From: Chloroflexota bacterium
Lineage (GTDB): Bacteria > Chloroflexota > Anaerolineae > JAAYZQ01
Assembly (NCBI GenBank): GCA_018606645.1
Contig: JAGVRI010000004.1
Location: 142,625 to 206,624 of the forward strand
DNA length: 64,000 nucleotides
Direction: 5' to 3'
Positions 32,940 to 42,056 of the stretch are shown here, in pieces (the first letter of the stretch is position 1; each line of letters opens with the position of its first letter). Below the pieces are notes generated by a model, which worked only from the letters and a program-made list of their open reading frames with translations, did no database searches and had not been told where the DNA came from. The position numbers and the translations under genes were made by a program.

Positions 32940-33078
32940 CGGGGGTCGGCGCTGACTGGAAGTCAGCCTCTTTGGGCCTTCGGCCAGCGGTCGGCCTGCG
33001 CCGACCGGGGGGTGCCGCGTCGGCGCAGGCCGACGCCCGGCGCGGGAGCGCCCCACAGGCCGATTTCCAATCGGCGCA
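32940..33078. repeat. Composite REP-like palindrome cluster
   Basis: gctgactggaagtcagc, gtcggcctgcgccgac...gtcggcgcaggccgac and gccgatttccaatcggc hairpins. Confidence 0.6.
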
Positions 33079-33224
33079 CGGCTGTTGCCAAGTAGGTTGA
33101 CAAGCCCGATGCGGCTTTGTGCAGCGGCCCAGGAGTGGAAGCTTTCGCTGGATTCTGCGCGGCTCCGTTCTGGCTGAAGCCTCCACTCCCATTGGGTGCT
33201 GGACTTTGCAACCGCCCTAGAATC
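33079..33224. repeat. ~140-bp dispersed repeat, copy 1 (inverted relative to 36359..36500)
   Basis: Reverse complement aligns with 36359..36500; internal palindrome ggagtggaagctt...aagcctccactcc. Confidence 0.85.
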
Positions 33225-33238
33225 GGTGCCACCGGCAT

Positions 33239-33353
33239 TTGCAAAGAATGACTTTTTGAGTATAATTGAAAAGTAGAAAACACAGACTGAGAGCCATTCT
33301 CTCAGTCTTTTGTTCCTAGTGGGCCCTGGGGTATCAACCTCAGTGCTCTTTTT
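33239..33353 (+). promoter_or_regulatory. greA promoter and leader with two U-tailed hairpins
   Basis: TTGCAA-N16-TATAAT; agactgagag/ctctcagtct followed by ttt; second weaker hairpin followed by ttttt. Confidence 0.6.
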
Positions 33354-33396
33354 GCTATTGAGAACAGACCATGTGATTGGTGGGGGTGAGGAGAAT

Positions 33397-33867
33397 ATGA
33401 CAAGTCAGAAGGTCTTTCTGACCCCAGAGGGTTATCAGAAACTTCAGGAAGAACTCCAATATCTGACGACTGTGCGCCGACCTGAAATCGCCAAGGCGAT
33501 CCATGACGCCAAGATGGATGGCGACGTGATGGAGAATGCGGGGTACGACGAAGCGAAACATCAGCAAGCCTTTGTCGAAGGCCGGATCATGACCTTGCAG
33601 GCCATGCTCGAGAATGCCGTCCTGATCGAGTCCGATGATCGGCCGAACGACCGGGTCGTCCTCGGTTCGCGGGTAACCGTGGTCGAGGATGGGTGGGAAC
33701 CTGAGACCTATACCATCGTCGGCTCGGCGGAGGCCGATCCAGGGGCGGGACGCATCTCCAATGAATCGCCGCTGGGGAAAGCGTTGATGGGTCATCAACC
33801 TGGCGACAAGGTGGCTTTCAAGACGCCAGAAGGCACCGTGGAGGTCCAGATTCTTCGCATTGAGTAA
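33397..33867 (+). CDS. greA: Transcription elongation factor GreA
   Basis: LTPEGYQKLQEEL, GDVMENAGYDEAK and ISNESPLGKAL. Confidence 0.95.
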   Translation: MTSQKVFLTPEGYQKLQEELQYLTTVRRPEIAKAIHDAKMDGDVMENAGYDEAKHQQAFVEGRIMTLQAMLENAVLIESDDRPNDRVVLGSRVTVVEDGWEPETYTIVGSAEADPGAGRISNESPLGKALMGHQPGDKVAFKTPEGTVEVQILRIE

Positions 33868-33926
33868 GGCACACCGGGCCTGGACCCCCGGCGATATCCG
33901 ACTCCTTGTACGCGAGGGAACGACTG

Positions 33927-35426
33927 ATGACATTGGAGCCATTAACTGACCAGGAACAGCAGCGCCGCATCAAGCTCGCACGTCTGATGGAATCCGGAAT
34001 CGATCCCTACCCGGCGCGGGCCCAACGGACCCATACCAACGCTCAGGCCATCGCCGCACTGCAAAAAGCCGAAGGGTCGGAACCTCCGGTCGTGACCGTC
34101 GTTGGCCGGCTGGTAAGCATTCGGGTCATGGGCAAGTCGTCCTTTGCCCACATTGAGGATGCCAGCGGGCGACTTCAGCTCTATTTGCGGCAGGACCTGC
34201 TTGGAGAACAGCCGTACACCATGTTTAAGCGCGACCTGGACCTGGGCGATTTCGTCGAAGCGACCGGCCAGATGTTTTTTACCCGGACCGGTGAACCTAG
34301 CGTCCAGGTGGAAAAGTTGCGCCTCCTGAGCAAGGCGTTGCGCCCCTTGCCTGCGGTCAAAGAAAAGGATGGGCGGGTGTTCGACGCCTTTGCGGACAAG
34401 GAGCAACGGTATCGGCAACGCTATGTGGATCTGGCAGTCAATCCGGACGTGCGGGAGATCTTTTACACCCGGGCGCGGATCGTATCCGCCATCCGACGCT
34501 TTTTGGACGAGCGGGGCTTTGTCGAGGTCGAGACGCCCATCCTTCAACCGATTTACGGCGGAGCGGCCGCCCGGCCTTTTGAGACGTATCATAACCAGCT
34601 TAAGCAGAAGCTCTACCTCCGCATCTCGGACGAACTGTACCTGAAGCGGCTGATTGTCGGGGGCTTTGAACGGGTCTACGAAATCGGTCGGGATTTTCGG
34701 AATGAAGGGGTTTCCTTCAAGCACAACCCCGAATTTACCCAGATCGAATTCTATATGGCCTATGCCGATTACCGGGACGTGATGGACCTGACGGAACAAT
34801 TGATCGCCTATGTCGCTCAGGAGGCCCTGGGCACAACCAAGATTGTAAGGGAAGGGCAAGAGATCGATCTAAGCCCTCCCTGGCGCCGCTGGCAACTGCG
34901 GGATGCCATCCGCGAAATCACCGGCATTGACTATGAAGCCTATCCGGATGCTGAAAGCCTTTATGAAGCGATCGTCCGCATCGGAGGCACTCCCGAACGC
35001 AAAAGCAGTTGGGGGAAACTCATTGACCCTACCTTGATCAACTATGTGGAGCCCCACCTGATCCAGCCTACCTTCCTGTACGATTACCCGCTGGAGGTCT
35101 CGCCCTTGGCCAAGCGCAAGCCGGGCACAGCCAACGTGGTGGAGCGTTTCGAGTTCTTTATCGGGGGCCTGGAACTCGGGAATGCCTTTAGTGAGATCAA
35201 CGATCCCCTCGATCAACAAGAACGCTTCCTGGCGACCAGCAGAGCCCTGGCCGCCGGCGACGAAGAGGCCCATCCCCTGGACGAGGATTACATCCTGGCT
35301 CTGAGCTATGGGATGCCGCCGACGGGCGGGTTTGGCATGGGCATCGATCGTCTGACCATGCTCCTCACGGGCAAGGAGTCGTTGCGGGAGGTGATCCTGT
35401 TCCCGCACTTGCGGGCCAGAAGCTAG
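33927..35426 (+). CDS. lysS: Lysine--tRNA ligase (class II)
   Basis: RYRQRYVDL, YGGAAARPF, FRNEG, HNPEFT and YGMPPTGGFGMGIDRL. Confidence 0.97.
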   Translation: MTLEPLTDQEQQRRIKLARLMESGIDPYPARAQRTHTNAQAIAALQKAEGSEPPVVTVVGRLVSIRVMGKSSFAHIEDASGRLQLYLRQDLLGEQPYTMFKRDLDLGDFVEATGQMFFTRTGEPSVQVEKLRLLSKALRPLPAVKEKDGRVFDAFADKEQRYRQRYVDLAVNPDVREIFYTRARIVSAIRRFLDERGFVEVETPILQPIYGGAAARPFETYHNQLKQKLYLRISDELYLKRLIVGGFERVYEIGRDFRNEGVSFKHNPEFTQIEFYMAYADYRDVMDLTEQLIAYVAQEALGTTKIVREGQEIDLSPPWRRWQLRDAIREITGIDYEAYPDAESLYEAIVRIGGTPERKSSWGKLIDPTLINYVEPHLIQPTFLYDYPLEVSPLAKRKPGTANVVERFEFFIGGLELGNAFSEINDPLDQQERFLATSRALAAGDEEAHPLDEDYILALSYGMPPTGGFGMGIDRLTMLLTGKESLREVILFPHLRARS

Positions 35427-35431
35427 AGACC

Positions 35432-35475
35432 AACAGTGGAGGGGGAACAAAGGCCTTGTTCCCCCTCCACTGTTT
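35432..35475. terminator. Bidirectional terminator hairpin
   Basis: aacagtggagggggaacaa...ttgttccccctccactgtt between convergent genes. Confidence 0.8.
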
Positions 35476-35480
35476 ACCCC

Positions 35481-36155
35481 CTATTTTTCAGAAGCAACGT
35501 CGGGCACGTCAAAGCGATACCCCAGACCCCGGATGGTACGCAACCAGCGAGGCCGGTTGGGGTCTTGTTCAATCTTGAGACGGAGCCACCGGACATGGAC
35601 GCTCAACGTCCGCGTATCCCCGATATACTCGGTGTCCCAGACCTGTTTCATGATTTCCTGGCGGCTGAGCACCCGGCCCGGATTGCGCATGAAAAACGCC
35701 AAAAGCGCCGCCTCTTTGGGGCGTAGATGAAAAGATTTCTCGCCGTGCGTGAGGATCCGCGTATCAGGATCCAATATCAGCGAGCCGGCTCGAATCTCAC
35801 GACTGCCTAACTTCTCGCTCAATTTCTTGATCCGGTAGAGGAGCTTGCGCGGAGTGAAAGGCGGAGTCATCCAGGCGTCGGCCATGGTCTGCGCATTGGC
35901 CTGTCGTTTTTCCAGGAGAAGAATCACCGGTACATGGCTTAGATGAGATCGGACGGCATCGCTTACCTTGTGGCCATTCGGGCCGAAAGACGCTACATCG
36001 ATGACCAGTAGATCGGGTGGCATCGACCGCATCCGCGAGATCGCCTGGCGTTGGGTAGCTGCAACAGACACCTGATAGCCTCTGCGCTCCAGGCTCGGCG
36101 TCAGTAAATCAGAGGTGGCCACGTCGCGTTCCACCAGCAGGATGCGAAGGCTCAT
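35481..36155 (-). CDS. OmpR-family response regulator with atypical receiver
   Basis: Winged helix (NPGRVLSRQEI...VW...RTLSVHVRWLRLKIE...TIRGLGY); receiver has ER for DD and PPF for KPF. Confidence 0.88.
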   Translation of the reverse strand: MSLRILLVERDVATSDLLTPSLERRGYQVSVAATQRQAISRMRSMPPDLLVIDVASFGPNGHKVSDAVRSHLSHVPVILLLEKRQANAQTMADAWMTPPFTPRKLLYRIKKLSEKLGSREIRAGSLILDPDTRILTHGEKSFHLRPKEAALLAFFMRNPGRVLSRQEIMKQVWDTEYIGDTRTLSVHVRWLRLKIEQDPNRPRWLRTIRGLGYRFDVPDVASEK

Positions 36156-36358
36156 GGATGGTTGTCCTATCGGCCCAAAACTGCCAGAGCGATCATGAAA
36201 CAGCCCTCCGATCCATTCATCTGCCTCTCGAGGAGATGACAACCACGAACCACCAACCACGGGAACAGATAGGCATTCCCTTCACCCGAACAACCGAGGG
36301 ACAAGGGCATCATCCATTATACCCAGTTCCGCGATTTTGTGCAACCCCCCAAATGGGT

Positions 36359-36500
36359 GATCCAGGGCTGCCGAAGTCCAGCATCCAGTGGGAGTGGGCG
36401 CTTCAGCCGGAACGGGATCGCGCAGAACCCAGCGAAAGCTTCCACTCCTGGGCCGTTCCGCAAAGCCGCAGCGGCCTGTCAACCTACTTGGCAACAGCCG
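36359..36500. repeat. ~140-bp dispersed repeat, copy 2
   Basis: Inverted copy of 33079..33224. Confidence 0.85.
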
Positions 36501-36624
36501 AATGGGTGATCCGTTATCCGCGAGGGTTGGGCCCCAAAGACTGGGACACTTCGCTTTCCATACCAGGCAAAAAGGGGTATAATCATACACCATCGATCAG
36601 GTATGGACTGCGCGGAGGGGTGAC

Positions 36625-37302
36625 ATGGCTTCGGTAGAACAGGTGGTCGAACGATTACAGGCCAGAGCCAGGCCGGATCAACTGATCGGCATGGCCAGCT
36701 TCGGAATGGCGGTCGAGCAGCGCCTGGGAGTGTCGATCCCCGAATTGCGCCGGATTGCCAAAGAAGTCGGGAAGGACCATCGGCTCGCCCTGGAGCTATG
36801 GGACACTGGAATCGCCGAGGCCAGGATCGTGGCGGCCATGGTGGACCGACCAGAAGATCTGACTGAGGAACAGATGGAGAGATGGGCCGCGGGGTTCAAT
36901 TCATGGGATGTCTGCGACCAGGTGTGTATGAACCTGTTCGAAAAGAGTCCGCTGGTCTGGAAAAAGATCGTAGATTGGTCGGGGCGGGAGGAGGAATATG
37001 TGCGGCGGGCTGCCTATGCGCTCATCGCCTGCCTGGCATGGCATGACAAAAGGACGACCGACGCGGAGTTCGTCCGCCTCTTCCCGGTGATCAGGCAAGG
37101 AGCCACCGACGAGCGCAACTATGTGAAAAAGGCAGTGAGCTGGGCGTTGCGCAATGTCGGGAAGAGGAACCGAAATCTCAACCGGGCGGCCATCGAGCTG
37201 GCCAAGGAGATCGGGCGCATGGATTCAAAAGCAGCCCGATGGATCGCTTCGGACGTCATCAGGGAGTTGAACAGCGAGGCGGTACAAAAAAGACTGGGGT
37301 AG
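36625..37302 (+). CDS. AlkD-like DNA alkylation repair protein
   Basis: LGVSIPELRRIAK, SWDVCDQ and DERNYVKKAVSWALRNVGK. Confidence 0.88.
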   Translation: MASVEQVVERLQARARPDQLIGMASFGMAVEQRLGVSIPELRRIAKEVGKDHRLALELWDTGIAEARIVAAMVDRPEDLTEEQMERWAAGFNSWDVCDQVCMNLFEKSPLVWKKIVDWSGREEEYVRRAAYALIACLAWHDKRTTDAEFVRLFPVIRQGATDERNYVKKAVSWALRNVGKRNRNLNRAAIELAKEIGRMDSKAARWIASDVIRELNSEAVQKRLG

Positions 37303-37415
37303 GTGTGCCCGCTTGGAGCGCGGCGCTGTTTGCCAGCCCCGAACGGTCTATTTTCGGAGCAGCAGCGCACGAATCCCCCGATGTCCCGGCTCTGGTCCCG
37401 GGCGTCTATTTTACA

Positions 37416-38537
37416 CTACCAGGAAACCCGACGAAAGGTCAGATAAAACGACGTGTGGACGGTGAAATGCGGGGTCTCGGCGGTGCCCAGACCGAGTCCC
37501 ACGATTCGGTCGCTGGGCGCCCCGGCCACGCGGACCGAATAAGAGCCGAGGGTATTGTACATCGCAAAGTCCGCCCCCCAGTCAGGAGGCGGACGATCCT
37601 GGATCGGGAGGGCCACGCTCCCCCCGACCCATTGTACCTCCACCACCTGCCCCACCGCGCGCCTGCCCTGGAGGTCCAGCACTTCGATAAAGATGCTGTG
37701 TTTGCCGGCGGATTCCCGCTCGTCGGCCCAGCGGGCCTCCACCAGGCGCCAGTACGGTTCTCCAGGAAGGACCGCCGCCGGTTCCACGCGCACTCCCAAT
37801 GGCCCCAACCGGGGGTCCATGGCGCAGGGCGGCAGGGTGGGGCGAGGCCTGGATGTGGGAGTCGGAGCGCGGGTCACCGCCGCCGCCCGTTGGACCGTGC
37901 GGCGCGTCGGGGTGGCAGTCGGGACTGGGGTGTCGGTGGGTGTGGGCGCCGGGGTCAGCGTCCAGGTCGGCATTGGCGTTGAGGTAGGTCTCGGCGTATC
38001 GGTCGCCGTAGAGGTTGCGGTAAAGGTCGGTCTCAACGTGCCGCGAGGAGCCATGGCGCGCTCCGGGACAATAGCGGCCAGGGAACCTGTTTCAGCCGCC
38101 CTCGAGGCGTGGAACATGGCATAGGCCAACATCGCGCTCAGGCCAAACGCTACCACGCCCAGGACAAGCACGACCCGTTTCCAAAACGCCGGCTGGCGGA
38201 TCAGCGCCGCTCGGGCCCTGGCCTGACCTTTTGGCGAAGGGCGAGAAGGATAGACTGCCGCCAACGGCATCGCCACCAGGACCGGCGCAGGAGCAGCCTT
38301 CTCCAACGCGACAAGGGCCTGACGCGCAATGCGATGGGTGGGATTCACATCCAATATCTTTTGCATACAGAAGGCTCGCGCCTGGGGAGTATTCAGGACC
38401 GCGCTGAGCCAGAGCCACCCCATCTCGGCTCCAGGGTCCAGTTGCACCGCCTGGCTCAGCAGTTGACGGGCCAGACTCTTGTCGCCGGCCCTGGCGGCGG
38501 CGATGCCTCGCACCAGCACGGAATCTTGTGCGCCCAC
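37416..38537 (-). CDS. Hypothetical membrane protein (N-terminal TPR-like, TM, P/T linker, C-terminal beta domain)
   Basis: GIAAARAG...WLWLS pattern; TPT repeats; probable GTG start at 38537. Confidence 0.65.
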   Translation of the reverse strand: MGAQDSVLVRGIAAARAGDKSLARQLLSQAVQLDPGAEMGWLWLSAVLNTPQARAFCMQKILDVNPTHRIARQALVALEKAAPAPVLVAMPLAAVYPSRPSPKGQARARAALIRQPAFWKRVVLVLGVVAFGLSAMLAYAMFHASRAAETGSLAAIVPERAMAPRGTLRPTFTATSTATDTPRPTSTPMPTWTLTPAPTPTDTPVPTATPTRRTVQRAAAVTRAPTPTSRPRPTLPPCAMDPRLGPLGVRVEPAAVLPGEPYWRLVEARWADERESAGKHSIFIEVLDLQGRRAVGQVVEVQWVGGSVALPIQDRPPPDWGADFAMYNTLGSYSVRVAGAPSDRIVGLGLGTAETPHFTVHTSFYLTFRRVSW

Positions 38538-38673
38538 GAGCCCTCGACCCTCCCAATGGTCGCGTTCAATTGTACCACAAGGCGGTGAAAAAATCAAAAA
38601 CCGGGCGTATTATTTGGAATCGGGTATGACGCGCTTGATCCAGGTGTTCCGGGTGTCAAACGGTTGTAGAGGT

Positions 38674-39423
38674 TCAACCACGACTGGCGCCGGGGCGATC
38701 GTACAGTCCTCGCCGGGCATTCTGTCGCACCTGCAGCAGTTCGCGGACCATGCGGATGGTGTCCCGCACCGGCCTGACTTTGCTCTCCGTGCCGTAATAC
38801 CAGGTCACCGGCACCTCCACGATCTGATAGCCAAACCGCCGGGCGATGAACAGGATCTCCACATCAAATCCCCAGCCCTCGATGGTCTGATAGGGGAATA
38901 TGTCTCGGGCCACTTCGCGGCGGAATGCTTTGAACCCGCACTGGGTGTCCTGAATGCCCGGCACGGCCAGCAGTTGCACCAGAAGGTTGTATACCCGGCC
39001 CATCAGGTGGCGATGGAACGGTTCATTGATGCGCCGCGCCCCCTGGATCTCCCGGGAAGCGATGGCCAGGTCATAATCGTCCAACTGAGGAGGCAGAAAC
39101 TTGGGCAATTCCTCAATCGGGACCGCCAGATCGGTGTCACATAGGACCAGGTACTGACCCCGTCCATGCGCGATCCCGGTCTTGATCGCCGATCCTTTGC
39201 CCCGGTGGGGATTGCGGATCAACGTGATGAACGGAGCTCGCTGGGCATACTCTTCGACGATCTGAGCGGTCCTGTCCTGGCTGCCATCGTCCACGACAAT
39301 CACCTCGATCGGTTGAGGGTATTCCTGCACAAAGGCGGCTACCCGCTGGAGACTGGCCGGCATGCGGCGTTCTTCATTCCAGGCCGGGATGATGACCGAG
39401 GCCAGTGGTTCATTCGTTTCCAA
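38674..39423 (-). CDS. GT2 polyprenyl-phosphate glycosyltransferase (ALG5-like)
   Basis: VIIPAWNE, VDDGSQD, DTD, DTQCGFK and WGFDVE. Confidence 0.9.
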   Translation of the reverse strand: METNEPLASVIIPAWNEERRMPASLQRVAAFVQEYPQPIEVIVVDDGSQDRTAQIVEEYAQRAPFITLIRNPHRGKGSAIKTGIAHGRGQYLVLCDTDLAVPIEELPKFLPPQLDDYDLAIASREIQGARRINEPFHRHLMGRVYNLLVQLLAVPGIQDTQCGFKAFRREVARDIFPYQTIEGWGFDVEILFIARRFGYQIVEVPVTWYYGTESKVRPVRDTIRMVRELLQVRQNARRGLYDRPGASRG

Positions 39424-39476
39424 GGGATTGCATCTCCTTCCAGCCGCGCTGCATTGCGAAAATGATCATACTCCGG

Positions 39477-41189
39477 TTAGGTCCCTTTGTCAACCGCACC
39501 GCCGGGTTGTTTGGGCGTCGGGGAGGAGGCAAGATGGCCGAGGGCGCGTAGCTCTTGCTGCAGGCGCGGCAGGTCCTGTTTGCGTACCAGGGCGATGGTA
39601 GGAGACACGATCTCCTGGATGAAAGTTCGGGTCTCGGGCAGCGTGGCCAGTTCCTGGAGCAGCTCTGGATCGCGCACTCTGAGCACCACTGCCTCCTCCA
39701 ATCGGACCTGGCCCAACCGCCTGGCCCACAGTCGAAGTCGTTCCTCCACGGCGGGTGGGATGGGAGCACGGCTGGCCTGCCGCAAGAAGGCCAGCACCTG
39801 TTCCAGGCGGACATCGCGGGACAAGGCCCGGCCTAGGCCCCGGCTGGTCAGGCGATAGCGACAGGGGGTCTCCGATTCCAGTTCGGCGAACCGTTCCACT
39901 TGAAACCGGGTATACAGGTTGGCCGGTGGGGGGAGTTCGAGACTCAAGTCGGAGCCGATGGCCAACGGCGGCGCGGGCCGGGTCTCGTCCTGGCTGGGGA
40001 CCATTCCCAGAAAGCGCTTCCCGGCTTCGGTCAGCCGGCAGATCGAGCCTGACGGTCCGGAAGAGACAGACACAATGCCCAGCCAACGGAGGGTGTTGGT
40101 CAGCAGGTCCGCGATCAATGCGCCCTCCACCCGATCCCATGTCTCAAAGCCGGAGAGGTATGTGCCACTGGCTGTGTCACGGATGTACCAACTATCATAA
40201 TCCCCGTCGGGCCGCTGGAAATCCGGATCGTGCTCCTTCATGGCCGCCACGAACGAAGCCAGGGTCCACCAGGCGTCAGGGGGGCAGAGGGCCAGCCGAT
40301 CGAGCAGGGTCCGGCGAACCGCCACCGGGTCGTAGCGACGAAGCCACGGCGTCTTCTCGTCGCATTGCAGGGAGGGCACATGGCACAGGTCGATCCAGCG
40401 GGGATCGTCACGCCAGGCTTCCTGCAGGGTTGCCAACTGGCGCTCCGGCGAGGCAGTGAGCCAGCGTCTGACCGGCGTTGCCTTCAGACACAGATAGCCT
40501 TCCTGCCGGGTGACCCACCCCAGGCGATCGGCCAGATGTCGCAGGAAGGTCAGCCGTCGGTCGTCGGCGTCGATCAGCCGCGCCCGGAGGACCTCGCGGT
40601 CCGTTCGACCCAGTCGGCCATCGGCATAGGGACGCACATCGTGGTTCTGGATCACCACCAGATAGACGAACAGATCGTGGACCAGCGCCGGGCCGTCATT
40701 TTCCCCAGCGGGGGGGCCGGCGACCAGCTCTACCACAAAGGGGGCCGGAGCGGACCGGGGTGGAGGGAGGAGAGGGATCAGATCGTCAGGGATGAAAAAG
40801 AACTCGCCCGGCCCACTCTCATCCTGATCGAAGCCACGGAAGATCAGGCCGGCGTACCACAGTTCCTCCGTCGGGTTCGCCGGCTCCTGCCAGGGGGACT
40901 CACGCTGCAAACGTCCCGGACCGAGAGGGCGCACTGCACCGAACCGTCGCCCAAACCTGGAGGTCCGCATCTTGCCGCCAGCCGCCATCAGGGCGTCCAG
41001 GGCAGTTCGCGCCGGCGGGCTCAGCCGCGCCAGAGCAATGCGCACCGAGAGCGGATCGACCAGAGCGGCGGCCAGTTGATCGACTGCTTCCGGCTGATGG
41101 TTCGTGCTCAACGGCACGCCCCGGTTCTGGGCCAGCGCACGGAGCATGGCCATATCGTAATCAACCAGGAAACGGTGCAAGGGCGCCAT
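39477..41189 (-). CDS. XPB/Ssl2 helicase-associated domain protein (no ATPase motifs seen)
   Basis: DFQRPDGDYDSWYI; C-terminal YRLT..L.RA...IPPAV...LRLW Helicase_C_3-like pattern. Confidence 0.7.
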   Translation of the reverse strand: MAPLHRFLVDYDMAMLRALAQNRGVPLSTNHQPEAVDQLAAALVDPLSVRIALARLSPPARTALDALMAAGGKMRTSRFGRRFGAVRPLGPGRLQRESPWQEPANPTEELWYAGLIFRGFDQDESGPGEFFFIPDDLIPLLPPPRSAPAPFVVELVAGPPAGENDGPALVHDLFVYLVVIQNHDVRPYADGRLGRTDREVLRARLIDADDRRLTFLRHLADRLGWVTRQEGYLCLKATPVRRWLTASPERQLATLQEAWRDDPRWIDLCHVPSLQCDEKTPWLRRYDPVAVRRTLLDRLALCPPDAWWTLASFVAAMKEHDPDFQRPDGDYDSWYIRDTASGTYLSGFETWDRVEGALIADLLTNTLRWLGIVSVSSGPSGSICRLTEAGKRFLGMVPSQDETRPAPPLAIGSDLSLELPPPANLYTRFQVERFAELESETPCRYRLTSRGLGRALSRDVRLEQVLAFLRQASRAPIPPAVEERLRLWARRLGQVRLEEAVVLRVRDPELLQELATLPETRTFIQEIVSPTIALVRKQDLPRLQQELRALGHLASSPTPKQPGGAVDKGT

Positions 41190-41194
41190 CGATC

Positions 41195-41223
41195 TTTGTC
41201 AAGAATCTCCCCTCAGGGTATAA
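41195..41223 (+). promoter_or_regulatory. sigma70 promoter
   Basis: TTGTCA-N17-TATAAT upstream of the MerR-like gene. Confidence 0.65.
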
Positions 41224-41333
41224 TCGAATGCACGCTTACGTGATCTGAATTCGCTTGTCTTTTCGCTCACGATCTGAGCGTATCACAGATACAACGACGC
41301 CATCTCGAACCCATCGACCGTAAAGGAGCATGA

Positions 41334-42008
41334 ATGACCGAATCACACTACCGTCTGCCGAATGAAGTCGCTGCCCAGTTGCAGGTTTCCCCCTCTACGT
41401 TGCGCCGGTGGTCGGACGAATTCGCCGATTTTCTGTCTGATTCGGCAGGCCGCCCCAAACCAGCACCTGGAAGCCGGACCGCCCATCGCCGCTACACGGA
41501 CCGCGACCTGGAAACCCTGATGACGATCAAGGGCCTGTTAGCCGAAGGTCTGAACTATATCCAGGTCGGCAAACGCCTGGAGATGTTGCGCCTCCGCCAG
41601 ATGACCGGCAGCGGATCCGGCGAAAGCGATTCTGGTCAGCCTGGCGCGTTGGCCCCCTCGGTGTTAGATGCCTCGCCAGTGGCCCCGGCCATCACCATCC
41701 TGGCCGACACCCTCCACACCGTGGCCGAGGGCCAGCATCTGCTCCTGGGCAGCCAACAAGCCAACCGCGACCTCCTGACGGTGGTGCTCCAGGACAACTT
41801 TAGCCTGAAAGAAGAGAACGCCAAACTGCGGGATCGGATGCTCGAACTGGAACGGGAAATTGCCGAGCTACGACGACAGGAGACCATCCGTCGCGAAGCG
41901 ATAGAAGCCCGTCTGCAGAAACTTGAGCAACAGCAGTCTGAGCCGTCCAGGTCCCAAGGCCAGCGGCGAGAGCGTTCCGGGTGCCTGGGGCAGTTCTTCA
42001 CCTTCTAG
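41334..42008 (+). CDS. MerR-type HTH plus coiled-coil protein (RacA-like architecture)
   Basis: EVAAQLQVSPSTLRRW...HRRYTDRD; C-terminal coiled coil and hydrophobic tail. Confidence 0.8.
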   Translation: MTESHYRLPNEVAAQLQVSPSTLRRWSDEFADFLSDSAGRPKPAPGSRTAHRRYTDRDLETLMTIKGLLAEGLNYIQVGKRLEMLRLRQMTGSGSGESDSGQPGALAPSVLDASPVAPAITILADTLHTVAEGQHLLLGSQQANRDLLTVVLQDNFSLKEENAKLRDRMLELEREIAELRRQETIRREAIEARLQKLEQQQSEPSRSQGQRRERSGCLGQFFTF

Positions 42009-42056
42009 GTCCGGCGTTTCTTCCCGTCTTCGCTGCCAGCCAACGGACTTTTGCTC

